Shown here: positions 1-12,165 of the stretch, in pieces
Layout: each line of letters opens with the position of its first letter
Position numbering within the stretch: position 1 is the stretch's first letter
Source of the DNA: Octopus sinensis
Lineage: Eukaryota
Direction of reading: 5' to 3'
Length of the DNA: 64,000 nt
Assembly: GCF_006345805.1 (NCBI RefSeq)
Contig: NC_043005.1
Span: 52,514,001 to 52,578,000 of the forward strand
Notes under the pieces: generated by a model
What the model was told of the DNA's origin: nothing
What the model saw: only the letters and a program-made list of their open reading frames with translations
Databases searched by the model: none
Program-made: the position numbers and the translations under genes

Positions 1-343
1 TATATATATATATATTTATATATGTACATAAACACGCGCGTGCGCATACACACATGTATATGCTGAAGACACACGTCTTCCAAAGTGGTCTTCTCTATTG
101 CAGTACTGATGTTATTAGTGAAACATGAAGATTAATTTTGATATACTGCTTTCATTGCTGTAGCGACGATCCATCTTTAGCGTTTCGTGGTATGGAAAGG
201 CAAATCCACTCTTAGATCATATCTGTAATTCTTTGGCCTCACATAGAACTGGCAATTCTAACGTCACGTTCATTGATTGATCGCCTGATCTTTATCGACA
301 TCCAAGTAATCGATGCAATCATCTTAATCGGCATCATCCTCAT

Positions 344-413
344 ATGATTATCATCAATATAATCAGCATCATCACCACCATCGTCATCATCATCATCATC
401 ATCATCATCATCG

Positions 414-463
<50 letters not shown>

Positions 464-545
464 GTCGTCGTCGTCATCAACATCATCGTCGTCGTCGTCG
501 TCGTTGTCATCCTTCATCTTCATCCTGAATATCACTAATGTCATC
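344..545. repeat. (CAT)n/(CGT)n trinucleotide microsatellite
   Basis: Direct tandem CAT/CGT units; they explain the poly-D and poly-I ORFs at 239-544. Confidence 0.95.
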
Positions 546-1419
546 AGTTATTCTAGCTGTTTATAAGACCCAGTCTCACTATTACAATTTTCACTTCAAC
601 TCCTGTTCCTTTTCTCCCTTTTGCTCGTGAGCAAGGGGTTTTTATATGACAGCTTTTGTTTTTTTTTTTTAGATGATTCGCAGGTTATAGATCAACAATC
701 AAGACGTTAGTCTTTTGTTTTTATTATCCTTCCTTTGTACTGTTAATATATCCACGAACAAAATATTTAGCGTCAACCTGTACTGATCCTCTAAATCTAA
801 GTATATCCCACATTATGCTGCAATGCACTACCATAAAGAGCAGCAGGAGCATTAGAGTTCCGTCGGTTGCTATCACGATTTTTGGGTCTTCCTTTTAGAT
901 ATTGATGGGTATCGCTCCTTATCAGATACATGTTTAATGTATTGTTTATAATTCAGTGTCTTCTCACAAACATCGGAGCGTGAAGCGTTCTTCACGAACC
1001 TGCGTTCGCGAGATGGTTGTAATCTGTAAATAGTTTTGCGCATGTGCACAGTGAATTCGTAAAAGGGAAAAGGAGAATAAAAACGGAATGCAAATGTCAA
1101 ATATGTTATATGATGGTCTGCAAGTCATGTCTGATACTACTTTCACGCAAGTTTGCTGCAGTTTTTATATTTATCTTGCTCTAGAATTTATAATCTTCAT
1201 GTACGATCTACTTATCATGCTGAAACTATCGTGATGGTTTCTCAATCGACTTTTCATACCATCTTCTATTGGAGAAATTTAACCGTTATCAAAGGCGCAC
1301 AGGTTTCATTTCTAGCTACGAAAAGTTATTGCTTGGAGGTGGAGTTTATTTTCAGGACTCAAAGATGTGGAATAGATACTTCAAATAAATCTGTCGCTCA
1401 AACAATTCCGCCAGTACGG

Positions 1420-1744
1420 CCTTGATTTGGTATTTATTTGCGAACCCGAAATTATGAAAGTAAATCTTAGTGGGATTTGAACTTAGGACGCTGAAACCAA
1501 TATAGTAAGATGTTCAAATCGACTCTCTAACGACTTTGCTAAATCGTCACCTTATTCTACATACATCTCAAATTCCTTTCTATTATAGGCACAAGGGCTG
1601 AAATTTTGCGAGAAATATCTAGTGTTCTGTTACTTATTTCATCGATCCCAAGACCTCGGTGGAATTTGAACTCAGAACATAAAAATGAACGATATACCAC
1701 CAAACATTTTACACGAATGCTAACGAATCTGCTAGTTCGCCTTA
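1420..1744 (-). mobile_element. Two decayed copies of SINE family B (head TAAGGCGGCGAGCTGGCAGAATCGTTAGC)
   Basis: Reverse-complement similarity of about 1420-1554 and 1589-1744 to the intact copy at 30658-30891 (GGAATTTGAACTCAGAAC, GCTAACGAATCTGCTAGTTCGCCTTA). Confidence 0.75.
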
Positions 1745-1771
1745 CATACTTCTTATATTAAGGTAGATTAA

Positions 1772-2175
1772 GGCGCAGGAGTGGCTGTGTGGTAAGTAGC
1801 TTGCTAACCAGCCACATGGTTCTGGGTTCAGTCCCACTGCGTAGCATCTTGGGCAAGTGTCTTCTGCTATAGCCCCGGGCCAACCAATGCCTTGTGAGTG
1901 GATTTGGTAGACGGAAACTGAAAGAAGCCTGTCGTATATATGTATATATATATATATGTATGTGTGTTTGTCCGCCTAGCATTGCTTGACAACCGATGCT
2001 GGTGTGTTTATGTCCCCGTTACTTAGCGGTTCGGCAAAATAGACCGATAGAATAAGTACTGGGTTTACAAAAAGAATAAGTCTCGGGGTCGAGTTGCTCG
2101 ATTAAAGGCGGTGCTCCAGCATGGCCGCTGTCAAATGACTGAAACAAGTAAAAGAGTAAAAGAGAGAGAGAGAGA
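1772..2175 (+). mobile_element. SINE family A, full length (tRNA-like head, internal (TA)n(TG)n, 3' body)
   Basis: Box A-like GTGGCTGTGTGGTAAG and box B-like GGTTCAGTCCC; body with GACCGATAGAATAAGTACT and GGTGCTCCAGCATGGCC; tail GTAAAAGAGTAAAAGAG. More than 10 related copies in the window. Confidence 0.9.
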
Positions 2176-2739
2176 TTTTGTTTTCTATAGTACAGAAAAG
2201 AAAGAACAAAAAAACCCAAAACAATATAATATTCATCTTAATTTCTTCAGTATTGTCAATGTACTCAAACGTTATACATAATTATGGAGTACAAATAATG
2301 ACAACATTAGTACTGAAAACCTCTGTAAAATGTATGCTAATCCCCACCCGGAAAACTCTATTAAAACACTCATCAAAGAAATGGGATATATGATAAAGCG
2401 TATGTAGTCGAAGACTTGCTTCTAGACTAAGGGAAATAGCAAGGCCACAAAATAGAAATAAATAACTTAGAGATTAACATCCAGGAAATGCCCATAACTT
2501 CGATGTCTTTAAAGATAACGTCCTTAATTTAATCAAGGCTATTGTACTCTGAAGAAGAATCAATACTTTTCTAGATATAATAAGCCGGGATGTATAGTAT
2601 ATAACATATTGTAAATACGTCTAAAATATTTGCTAACAAAACAAAGAACTTAGAGAAAGAACATAAATATACTCACAATAACTTTTTACACGATAATAAT
2701 AAAAGCATTTCATTCGCAGAACATCTTATTAATGTATTA

Positions 2740-2761
2740 TATATGTATGTGTGTGTGTGTG

Positions 2762-2802
<41 letters not shown>

Positions 2803-2834
2803 TATGTATATATATGTATATATACATATATTAT

Positions 2835-2867
<33 letters not shown>

Positions 2868-2950
2868 TATATGTATATATATGTATATACATGTATATAT
2901 GTCTCTCCTCTCTCTCTCTCTCTCTCTCTCTGTATATATATATATATATA
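2740..2950. repeat. Compound (TG)n(TA)n(TC)n microsatellite
   Basis: Direct observation. Confidence 0.95.
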
Positions 2951-4627
2951 AATGAATTAATGGAGAACCACATATAAAAGCACTGAATACTACATGCAAG
3001 AATTACAATAGTCTGTCCTTTCGAATAACCTCAAAGCTATTGCCATTTCAATCATATGCACAATTTTAATACCCACAATTCGATGCAGACAACAATGCAT
3101 CTGTATACCGTATATATGCAAGAAAAATGCAACAAAAACTTCCCATTGTATAGGAGAAGGCTTGACACGGTGACATCTAAAACAAAGATAAATGTAGGTT
3201 TATTCATTTCGACATGATTTATCATCGGACCCTTAATCACACGTCCCTATTCAGCCCCACGTTAGCTACTGCAGTCAGCTTTCCTCTTTGTGTCGAAAAT
3301 TTGGAAACCCGTGTCTTTTTCGTAACTATTTACATGAAAATCTGTTAGACCTCGATTTCACAGCTTCAGAGAGAAAAGTTAAGAGGGCCATAGACGAAAT
3401 CTTTTTCCCCAGACCAAATAATAAAAACGAATAGAAGTCTAATCGACATCCAATTCACATAAAAAATTGACAAAGATACCAAAGTGTGATATCCATAAAC
3501 AATAACAAGTATTCCAAAGTGTGATATCCATATTATCGTATACGTCAGATCACCTCTTGTCTTTAATGCGGAAGCATGCTGATTAAAAAGATGCAGTCGG
3601 ACGATTTTCATATTAACGTATCATATAAAAGTATCTGTCATAGCGTCGAAATAAATGTATGCCTATCACACCAAGAAGATTTTCCAGATATGATGAACTA
3701 GGATTTCTAGATGTGATACACACATAAGTACAAAAATATGTAAGCGCACACACATACACACTCATACGATGCCATACAAAATAGCAAAAATAGTCGCACA
3801 TCTGTGGCTTTGAGTGGGTATTTGTCTCAATAACAGATGTAACACGACAGCATTCATCTTGAACGTAACAGTTAAAACAAACCTTACAATTTAATTAAAA
3901 TCATGCTTAATATAAGACGGCAAAGTTTTTAGAGTGCTGGATGAAACCCCTGGATGTAATCGTTTAGACACATAATGCACAGAGCTTTGAGTTTAATCTT
4001 TGACGTCAACTTTGTCTTTAATTCTTTCATGCTCAAAAGAACCAGTCTGGGGTGTTAAATTAGCGGAACCGTTCGAGGGTGTGACAATATACATTGCGGT
4101 ATCTATTATGGCACTAATGTCTGCGAATGCATTAATGCCTTACTGTATTGACCTAGATAGGATGTCTTTCGTTTTGATAATTATCAGTGCCTTTCGTCAG
4201 TCTGAGAATAATAAACATTGTCCTGTGTCAACTGCCGAGTACAGGACTAAGACCAATTATCAAATGATTACCCGAGATAGATTCAAATGTTTCTACCATA
4301 ATTTAGTATTCCAAGTTCAAATCTCAACTTGGCCTATATGTGTTTGGGGACACTTAATCTATCGACTAGTTTAACCACCATACACCCTTGAGCTTCATTA
4401 GAAGTGCCCTTTCTTTTATAAATATACGATCCAGGTTTTCAACTTGAGGACAACTTTGTCTTAGCCCTTACCAGTTCTGTAGGTTATGAAGCGTTACGAG
4501 CATGGCCGTTACAACAGTCCATGCGACAGAGAAAAGGGAAAAATCCTTAAGAGGTGTATAAAGAAATTCTTATATATATATATATATTTGTGTGTGTGTG
4601 TTTGTATGTATATATAATATATATATA

Positions 4628-5775
4628 CGGGAAGCTTTAGGAAAATAGACAAAAGACGAAGGCAGGTGGAAAACAAACGAACAATTGTATTAGTATGGCG
4701 CTCAGGCAATATAAATAAAACAAGTCTTTAACGTTTCGAGCCTACGCTCTTCAACAGAAAGATACACAGAGAAAAAAAAAACACAGAAGAAGGAGAGAAA
4801 AAAATGCGTGCAGTAGCTAACGAATCAACATGGCGATCTGATTTCGGCCAGAGGTCAAGAACAAACATGAGACGCGAGAGCGAAATAAGGGGAGATAATA
4901 GGGTTGATATAGGGTTGATAATAGGGTTGAAGGACCAGCTAATAGTGCGTAGGAGGGGTCTGGACGTGTGTATGTATAGGGTTGGTGTATGTATTAGTAT
5001 ATAGGGTGTGTGTGTGTGTGTGTGTATGAGAGAGCATTAGTGCGTAGGATTGGTCTGGACGTGCGTATATATGGGGTTGGTGTATGTATTAGTATGTATT
5101 TGTATGTATTAGTACGTATTAGTATGTATAATGTGTGTGTGTTTGTATGAGAGAGTATAAGTGCGTATGCGGGGTCTGGACGTGTGTATGTAAGGGTTGG
5201 TGTATGTATTAGTATGTATTAGTACGTATTAGTATGTATTAGTTGGTGTATGTATTAGTATGGCACATCATATATGATGTGATGTGTAAAGTCGTGTGGT
5301 GTAGTGAGGGGGGAAGAGGAGAGGATGGGGGGAGGGGAGGGGGAGGGAGGTGGAGAAGGAAGGGGAGGAGGGGGAAGGAGGAAATAGGGAGAGGGGGGGG
5401 AGAAGGGGAGAGAGTGAGTGAGGAAGCAGAGGGAAGGGGAAGAGGGAAGGAGGGAGGGAGAAAGAGGGAAGAAGGGAATGGAGTAGGGGTGAAAGGATGA
5501 AGGACTGAAGAAGTAGGGGTCGGGGGGAAGGGATAGGTGAGGAGGGGGGAGAGGGGGGTTAGATGAGGAGGGGGGAGAGTTGAGACCAAATGGCGTATAA
5601 GAGCGAAGAGAGAAGATTAATTCCTGTTCACGGCGCAAACGGGAATCGGATGGCCTCTGTGTAAGGACAAACCGAACACAGATAGGTGTTGCAAGGAGTG
5701 ACCGGTGGAGCGGAAGGGCGTGAGACCGGTGTGTCGTTCGCAAGGTGGATGTCACGAAGGTGTTCCGCGAACCGG

Positions 5776-5780
<5 letters not shown>
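4628..5780 (-). mobile_element. Penelope-like element 3' portion: GIY-YIG endonuclease C-terminus, low-complexity spacer, terminal repeat carrying a hammerhead motif
   Basis: 5777-5579 (minus, two 1-nt frameshifts) translates to DRFAEHLRDIHLANDTPVSR/FRSTGHSLQHLSVFGLSLHRGH/DSRLRREQELIFSLRSYTPFGLN, matching the end of PLE endonucleases (R.EH...HF...H...RE...I..L....P.GLN). It is followed by a polypyrimidine tract (5285-5580 on minus), AC-rich tandem repeats and the hammerhead motif. Confidence 0.85.
4725..4762 (-). ncRNA. Minimal type-I hammerhead ribozyme-like motif (core CUGUUGA)
   Basis: Minus strand reads UCUUU CUGUUGA A GAGC GUAG GCUC GAAACGU U AAAGA: 5-bp stem I, 4-bp stem II, GAAA, palindromic ACGU stem III and a GUU triplet. 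Activity untested; A6 is replaced by U. Confidence 0.7.
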
Positions 5781-5819
<39 letters not shown>

Positions 5820-5821
<2 letters not shown>

Positions 5822-6170
5822 CGTGTGTAACCTAGGTGTAATTTGAAGGCTTGCCTCTTACATAGATAGATATATAAGTCCGAGTATTTCTATGTGGTAT
5901 GTTGGATACATTTGTTGTCCGTCTGGAATGTTGAATTTTGTTCACTTCTACTTGTCTTGATTATGCCTGCATTGACGATTGGAATGTGGGTTACGTACAC
6001 TAACTATGAAATTATATGATTTGCGGCTGAATCTGTTTTTAAGAGACGATTTCCAGGTTGTATTCCCTCACTGTCGATACCCTGTATATTTATCATGGTA
6101 GTTTTGACTTTAAGAGTTCCTCATAGCGTGAGGTATTTACGTGTAGTAATGCCCTTAATATAATATATAT
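5820..6170 (-). mobile_element. Possible heavily decayed PLE reverse-transcriptase N-terminal fragment
   Basis: Minus frame ALLHVNTSRYEELLKSKL**IYRV resembles the PLE V.MN.SDY..K...L.D...Y motif and lies upstream of the endonuclease fragment on the same strand. Many stops. Confidence 0.35.
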
Positions 6171-6220
6171 ATATTCGCATTATATTGGAAAATATCCGAG
6201 TGTTTATTGTGTAGCAAATA

Positions 6221-6391
6221 TAAGGTGGAGAACTGGCAGAGTCGTTAGCTCTGAGTTCAAGTTCAGTCGAGGCCGACTCTACCCTTCACCCTTTCGTGGT
6301 TGATAAAATAGGTACCAGTTAGGCACTGGTTTCGCTGCAATCGACTTGACCCCTCCTTCGAAATTGCTGGCCTTGTGTCAGAATTTGAAAG
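6221..6391 (+). mobile_element. SINE family B, decayed
   Basis: TAAGGTGGAGAACTGGCAGAGTCGTTAGC followed by CCCTTTCGTGGTTGATAAAATAGGTACCAG. Confidence 0.8.
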
Positions 6392-6499
6392 CGTTATGCA
6401 GAAAATAGATGTGTGTCATATTGAAAAGAAGTTATTAGGCGTCTTTACTTGTTCTAAACGGAATTAGTTTTCATAGTAAGTGATTAGTTGAAAGGAGTT

Positions 6500-7545
6500 T
6501 AAAGTTCGGACACAAACACACACAAAATATAACACAAACGCAGAAAAATACACTCTTAAAAACATACACTCGAACACACATAAACATACGCTCACATATA
6601 CATACAAGTACACATTAATATAAAAACGCACACATACACTCCCACTATGCACTCAGTCGCTTATACAACAGTATACAGGCTTTATAAAATGCACAGACAT
6701 GACACACACACACATGCATACATGTATGCACATACAAATTTACACACAACCGGGCACGCACGCACGCACATACTTAAACACAGTTCTAAACACACATACA
6801 AACACGCACGCAAGTACGCGAACGCGTATGCACCCATACAAATACAGAAAATACGTTTAAACATGCCCACACTTTCGTGAAAACACACACAAAAACGCAC
6901 ACGTAAACAGAAGCTCACAATTGCACACTTAAATACACACACAAACACACATATACACGAATACATACACGCGCAAATACGTAAATACGCACAAACATGT
7001 AAACACGCACCCATCACATGAACACATATATAACATAAATACACACACACATAAGAATGAACACATATACACATAAACACGTAAACACAGAAACGCGTTC
7101 GCATAATCACTTACAAACATACACAAAAACCACACACACACATACACACACACACACACACACATACACACACAAACCACGCACACAACACGTTAACACA
7201 TATATAACATAAACACACATACACACATAAGAATGAACACATATACACATAAACACGTAAATACAGAAACGCGTTCGCATAATCACGTACAAACATACAC
7301 AACCCCCCCACACACACACACATACACACACACACATACATACACAAACACACACACAGCCATACACACACACACACACACAAACACGTAAACACAGAAA
7401 CGCGTTCGCATAATCACGTACTAAACATACACAAAAACCACACAACACACACACACACACACACACAAATACATATATACATACATACACAAACACACAC
7501 ACGCACAGCCATACAAACAGGCGCACAGATACAAACCGGTACATA
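6500..7545. repeat. CA-rich degenerate minisatellite with a higher-order unit
   Basis: The motif AAACACGTAAA(C/T)ACAGAAACGCGTTCGCATAATCAC recurs at about 7075, 7253 and 7383 within CA-rich sequence. Confidence 0.9.
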
Positions 7546-7799
7546 CAAACAAAAGATGTTTATGACAAACCATTTTCGACGTTTCTCTGAACATTATTAT
7601 TAAAGCTACTTTCAGATCTAAATTAGATTATTAAAGCTAACCGTAGATGACTGAAGAACTTGAATACCGTGTATGAAGACAAAATCATTATGAAGCTGTT
7701 GTGACTATAAATGTACTTTGCTTTCTATAAGTAATTTACTTCGGAGTCGGCCTTTCATCTCAACACTAAACAGAAAAGATATAAAACCTACCTAGTTTA

Positions 7800-7937
7800 T
7801 AGTGATATATAGATACATACACACACTTTCATATATATATATATATATACATATATATTTATACAGACACATATACATATAGGTATACACACACACACGC
7901 ATATATACATACACACACACGCATATATACATACACT

Positions 7938-7982
<45 letters not shown>

Positions 7983-8010
7983 ATATATATATAATATATA
8001 TATGAATGTA
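7800..8010. repeat. (TA)n/(CA)n microsatellite
   Basis: Direct observation. Confidence 0.95.
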
Positions 8011-9799
8011 TATACCTGCACGTTCACTTTGGTTCTTGATGTATATCAAAAACATATGGATATATATTTTACTTACAATTTCTTTCGTATAGCGAACGAT
8101 CGTGGCTATCAAGTACAACATATTGGATTCGTGACACATACTGAATATTTCTCTTGTTGTTGTTGTTGTTGTTGTTTTTGTTGCTGTTCTCGTTGTTTGA
8201 CTCTAAATCAGCCTGTCAGTCTTATTCGATATGAAATCATTTTGTCTCACGAAGTCATTTCCTCAGGATCTTTTCGGTTCCTGTCACAAGATTTGGAAAA
8301 TTTAAAATTAAGGGAAAATTACCAAATTTGGTATATTGATGTTATTTTTTGCACATTGAATCCAACTTTGAGATTCATCTATTCCCCACCGCAAAATTTA
8401 GGAACTTATTACAGAGACTCCAAATTTGAAAATTCTTTTGTCCAGTTAGAAAATATTTTCTAGATGATAACTGTCTTTCACAAAATAACAGACAGAAATA
8501 ACAGCAGTCACAAAATATGGATTGTTAAAGCTTGTGCTGGTAGTTGCGGTAGTTAAAGGGTATACTTGTATTAAGTACACCGTCCTTGTTGCAACGAAAA
8601 CAGGACAGAATACAACTTTGCTTGTTACTATGGAAACAGATACTAGTGTGGGATTTACGGTTATGTGTATCATGTTGGCTTCCGAATGGCTAAAATCACG
8701 CAAAATTTACAAACTTTAAAAACTATCAATTTTTTATTTATTAATTTATGGCAAAAATAAATTTCGTTTTGATTATCAGCATACAAAAATACATTGGTAA
8801 ACAAAATTTGAAAACAATTGAAACAAAATTGAAATAGTGCGAAATATTTGACACTTTTTTCTTCAAATATGATGACTCAGGAATATCAATGTATCATTCA
8901 CCATATTTGAGACGGTAAGGTGTCTGATGAGGGAGACGAGAGAATTTTTAGTGGTAATTCAGGTAGGCATTTAAAAGTTTCCCCACCTTGTATTTCCAGT
9001 TAATGTTATTTCAGCTTAGCTCTAATTGAACAGACATAATCAAGAGACTCTCCGTCGACATAGTGTATCTGGACTTACATTAGTCAATGTACCCTGTTTT
9101 AAAATTTTTTTGGACAGTATTGTATGATTGTTCTGAAATGGATTTGAAATTAAATCTAGTAGTGAAGCACCAGCTCCAGAATTCAGGACTTTTGACGACA
9201 ATGGGGTAATATGTTTGTCACGATAATTCTTAGATTTGCTCTGGATGGGGACAGTATTACAACGCACCTTTTTTCAGATTTGGTTAAATAGTAGATGGTT
9301 CCGTAGTTAAGGTACACAAAACTTGGAAGGATTAGCATTCTAAGAGGTTTCCCACAAGCCCGCCAGTGTGTAGGCATGATGTGATATCACGTAAACCAGA
9401 CCTCCTCTCTAAGAGTTGAGTAGGTAACATGCTTTAAGGGTAAGTTCGGGAGATGCGACGAGAAGAGTGACCTAAAGGAAGCGGCAGAAGGCAGAGTGAA
9501 ACCAACGCTGCATTTTTCTCAAAAAAATAAAAATCCTGAATCTTCGAGTTTACAGGACGATAAGGGAATTTATGATCATCGACGCCTGTAGGCATGGCTT
9601 ATGAAGAGAGAAAGTGAGAGACAAACAAGGGGAATGATATGAGTCAAGCAACAGCGTAAAAGCTCTTATCCACGGAAAGAAAGCAGAAGCGATAGAGTAA
9701 AATGGACGAGGGATCTCTCAAAATCAATGCGGCAATTAAGTTCCATCTCCGGCTATAGGAATTTTGGGATATTTCTCCAGTGAAAATCAAATAACGGCA

Positions 9800-10190
9800 A
9801 TCTTTTATCGTTACTCTTTTATTTGCTTCAGTCTCTAAACTATGGCTATACTGGGGCACAATTTTGATAAATTCTTAGTTGAATGAATCAACCCATATTT
9901 TTTTTCATAAACATGCTATATCAGTCTCATTTTCTGAGCCTCTAAGTTACGGTGAAATAAATACACCAATACCAGTTCTCAAGCGCTAGTCAGGGACAAG
10001 CACACACACACACAAACACAAACACATGTACGACGAGCTTCTTTCCCTTATACCAAATCCACTAGCAAAGCTTCACTCAGCCTGGATCGATAGCTGAAAA
10101 CTCATGCCTAAAGTGCCGCGTAGTGGGACTGAACCCAGAACCATGTGGTCGGGAGGCAAACTTCTTAGCATACAGCCATACAGGCACCTA
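9800..10190 (-). mobile_element. SINE family A, decayed full length
   Basis: Reverse-complement match to 1772-2175 (GTGGGACTGAACCCAGAACCATGTGG head; ACCAAATCCAC). Confidence 0.8.
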
Positions 10191-10644
10191 ATTATAGGTT
10201 TCAGAAACAGTGACAGTAAAATTGTATTGAAAGATCTGCACTTGAAATTTTTCTATGAAATCACTGATTTCTCTTTCGTCTCGCCAATTGGTTGCAACGT
10301 TCGCAGGTGTACATCGACAATGAATATGCTTATATATACATAAGTACATATTACTGTATTTCATACGTTCATACATCTATAAATCTATCAACCTCACTCT
10401 CTCTTTCTCATTCTTTCTCTCTTTCTCTCTTTCTTTCACTCTCTCTCTCTCTCTCTATCTATCAATTAAAAAGGAAAAGTTCCATTATTACTTTATCTCT
10501 AGAGTATGAAGTATTTATCTATAAAAATTACATAGACCTATACACGCACACACACAAACACATACTTACATACGCACGCATGCACACAAACGCATACAAT
10601 CATACACACGAACACACACACATATGTATGCATATATATGTATA

Positions 10645-10810
10645 GTTGGAATTTACAAAATTTTACATAAGACGAAGATATGTGTGTAAAAACCAAATAG
10701 GTGTATTAGTTTCACGCTCGGGGAGATGAGAAAGTATTTTACGTTTCGGGCCTACGCTCTTCAACAGAAAGGAACACGGGAAAATAAAGAGAGAGAATAG
10801 CGGCCACTAA
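10645..10810 (-). mobile_element. Short PLE-derived repeat with a decayed hammerhead motif (10737-10771)
   Basis: Minus CCUUU CUGUUGA A GAGC GUAG GCCC GAAACGU A; flanks are homologous to 17493-17675 and 60680-60875. Confidence 0.7.
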
Positions 10811-10830
10811 AGTAGAAGTATGTGAAGTAT

Positions 10831-11160
10831 GTGAGAGCGCGTGGCTCAGTGGTTAGGGTGTTTGGCTTACGGTTGTAGGGTCGTGAGTTCAATTTCCGGC
10901 GGAATAAAGTGTCTTCCCCAAGACACTTTATTTCACGTTGCTCCAGTCCACTCAACTGGCAAAAATGAGTTGTACCTGTATTTCGTAGGGTCGGCCTTGT
11001 CACATTCTGTGTCACACAGAATCTCTTGAGAACTACGTTAAGGGTACACATGTCTGTGGAGTGCTCAGCCACTTGCACGTTAATTTCACGAGCAGGCTGT
11101 TCCATTGATCAGATCAACTGATCAACTGGAACCCTCATCGTCATAACTGACGGAGGGCTT
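10831..11160 (+). mobile_element. tRNA-derived SINE family C
   Basis: Box A GTGGCTCAGTGG and box B GAGTTCAATTTCC; body TTTCACGTTGCTCCAGTCCACTCAACTGGCAAAAATGAG; homologous to 52112-52420. Confidence 0.9.
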
Positions 11161-11184
11161 ATATATATATATATATATATATAT

Positions 11185-11390
11185 AAAGTTAATCCAAACA
11201 AGAAAACACAGAAAAAAACACAGCAACGCGAGGACGTGGAACAATTAAAGTATTATTTGACGCTCAGGAAAGAAGGGAAGGAGGGTTTAACGTTTCGAGC
11301 GGAGCTCTTCGTCGGAAACAAGGAGAAGGAAAGATCCCAAGAAGGGAAGACAGAGGAAAAAAATATTTTTGCTGGTGGTGCTCAAGAGAT
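11185..11390 (-). mobile_element. Short PLE-derived repeat (second family) carrying a hammerhead motif
   Basis: Same layout as the element at 4628-4800 but a divergent sequence; abuts (TA)n. Confidence 0.65.
11285..11319 (-). ncRNA. Minimal type-I hammerhead ribozyme-like motif (core CCGACGA)
   Basis: Minus GUUU CCGACGA A GAGC UCC GCUC GAAACGU U AAAC; stem I GUUU/AAAC covaries with CUUU/AAAG in the 4725 copy. Confidence 0.72.
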
Positions 11391-11412
11391 CACATGTATA
11401 TATATATATATA

Positions 11413-11893
11413 TACAGTAATCCCACCGACTGTCGAGGGTGTTATGCTCTAAACCGCTTCCGCGATAGGTGAACATCCGCGAAGTAGAAACATTACTGTA
11501 CTGCACATTTTTTATAATTATTTTTATAATTTGTTAATATTTATTTTATTATGAATGCAAAACAACACCGCACACACGCCTCCCAATATTTGTTTTCCAT
11601 AGAGTATGTGCGATTCTTTGTTTATTCATCTACGGTACATTACGTATTTTCTTTTAACATATTTTGATTAATTTGTTATACAGTGCAGTACTGTAATGTA
11701 TATTTATTTATCAATTTAGGTTTTTTGTAGGTGTGAAAATGTTTATTTTACCACAAAAATAATTAAAATCTAAAATATATAAATACCTATCTGCTGCAGG
11801 AACTTTCGATATCAATTTACATATATTAGCCAGAAAAGTCCACGATGTAATAAGGGCGTGATAGGTGAACCGCGATATGATGAGTGATAATAT
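11413..11893. mobile_element. pogo/Tigger-like non-autonomous DNA transposon (MITE)
   Basis: Starts TA-CAGTAATCCC; subterminal CGCGATAGGTGAAC is repeated near both ends; the right end CGCGATATGATGAGTGATAAT is a decayed inverted counterpart; AT-rich interior; inserted in (TA)n. Confidence 0.65.
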
Positions 11894-11899
11894 ATATAC

Positions 11900-11948
<49 letters not shown>

Positions 11949-12134
11949 ATATATTCACGGTAAGATAATAGTCTAAGAAGATCTGAAACTCCTCAGATAT
12001 ATATAATTAAAAGTGTATAGCAAAAAGACATTCCTTCTACTTCGTTACCGATGTAGCAGCAGCAGTAGTAGTAGTAGTAGTATTAGTTGTTGTTGTTGTA
12101 GTAGTTTATTTTCAGTTCAATATTGTTTAAGGAA

Positions 12135-12165
<31 letters not shown>

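Noticed and set aside
239-544. Poly-Asp ORF resembling an acidic biomineralisation protein
   Set aside because: It lies entirely within a (GAT/GAC)n microsatellite on minus, with no signal peptide or splice support. The same reasoning applies to 25731-26012, 23447-23954, 33871-34402 and 59455-59760.
700-1100. Signal-peptide-like frame MLLLLFMVVHCSIMW and the 873-1100 ORF on minus
   Set aside because: Short, with a weak donor (GTTGAC) and no recognisable homology; consistent with chance.
5239-5589. Proline-rich or glycine/arginine-rich ORFs
   Set aside because: They come from a polypurine/polypyrimidine low-complexity tract inside the PLE 3' region.
7020-7440. CRISPR-like repeat-spacer pattern
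   Set aside because: The spacers are mutually similar CA-rich sequence of variable length, there are no cas genes, and the context is eukaryotic.
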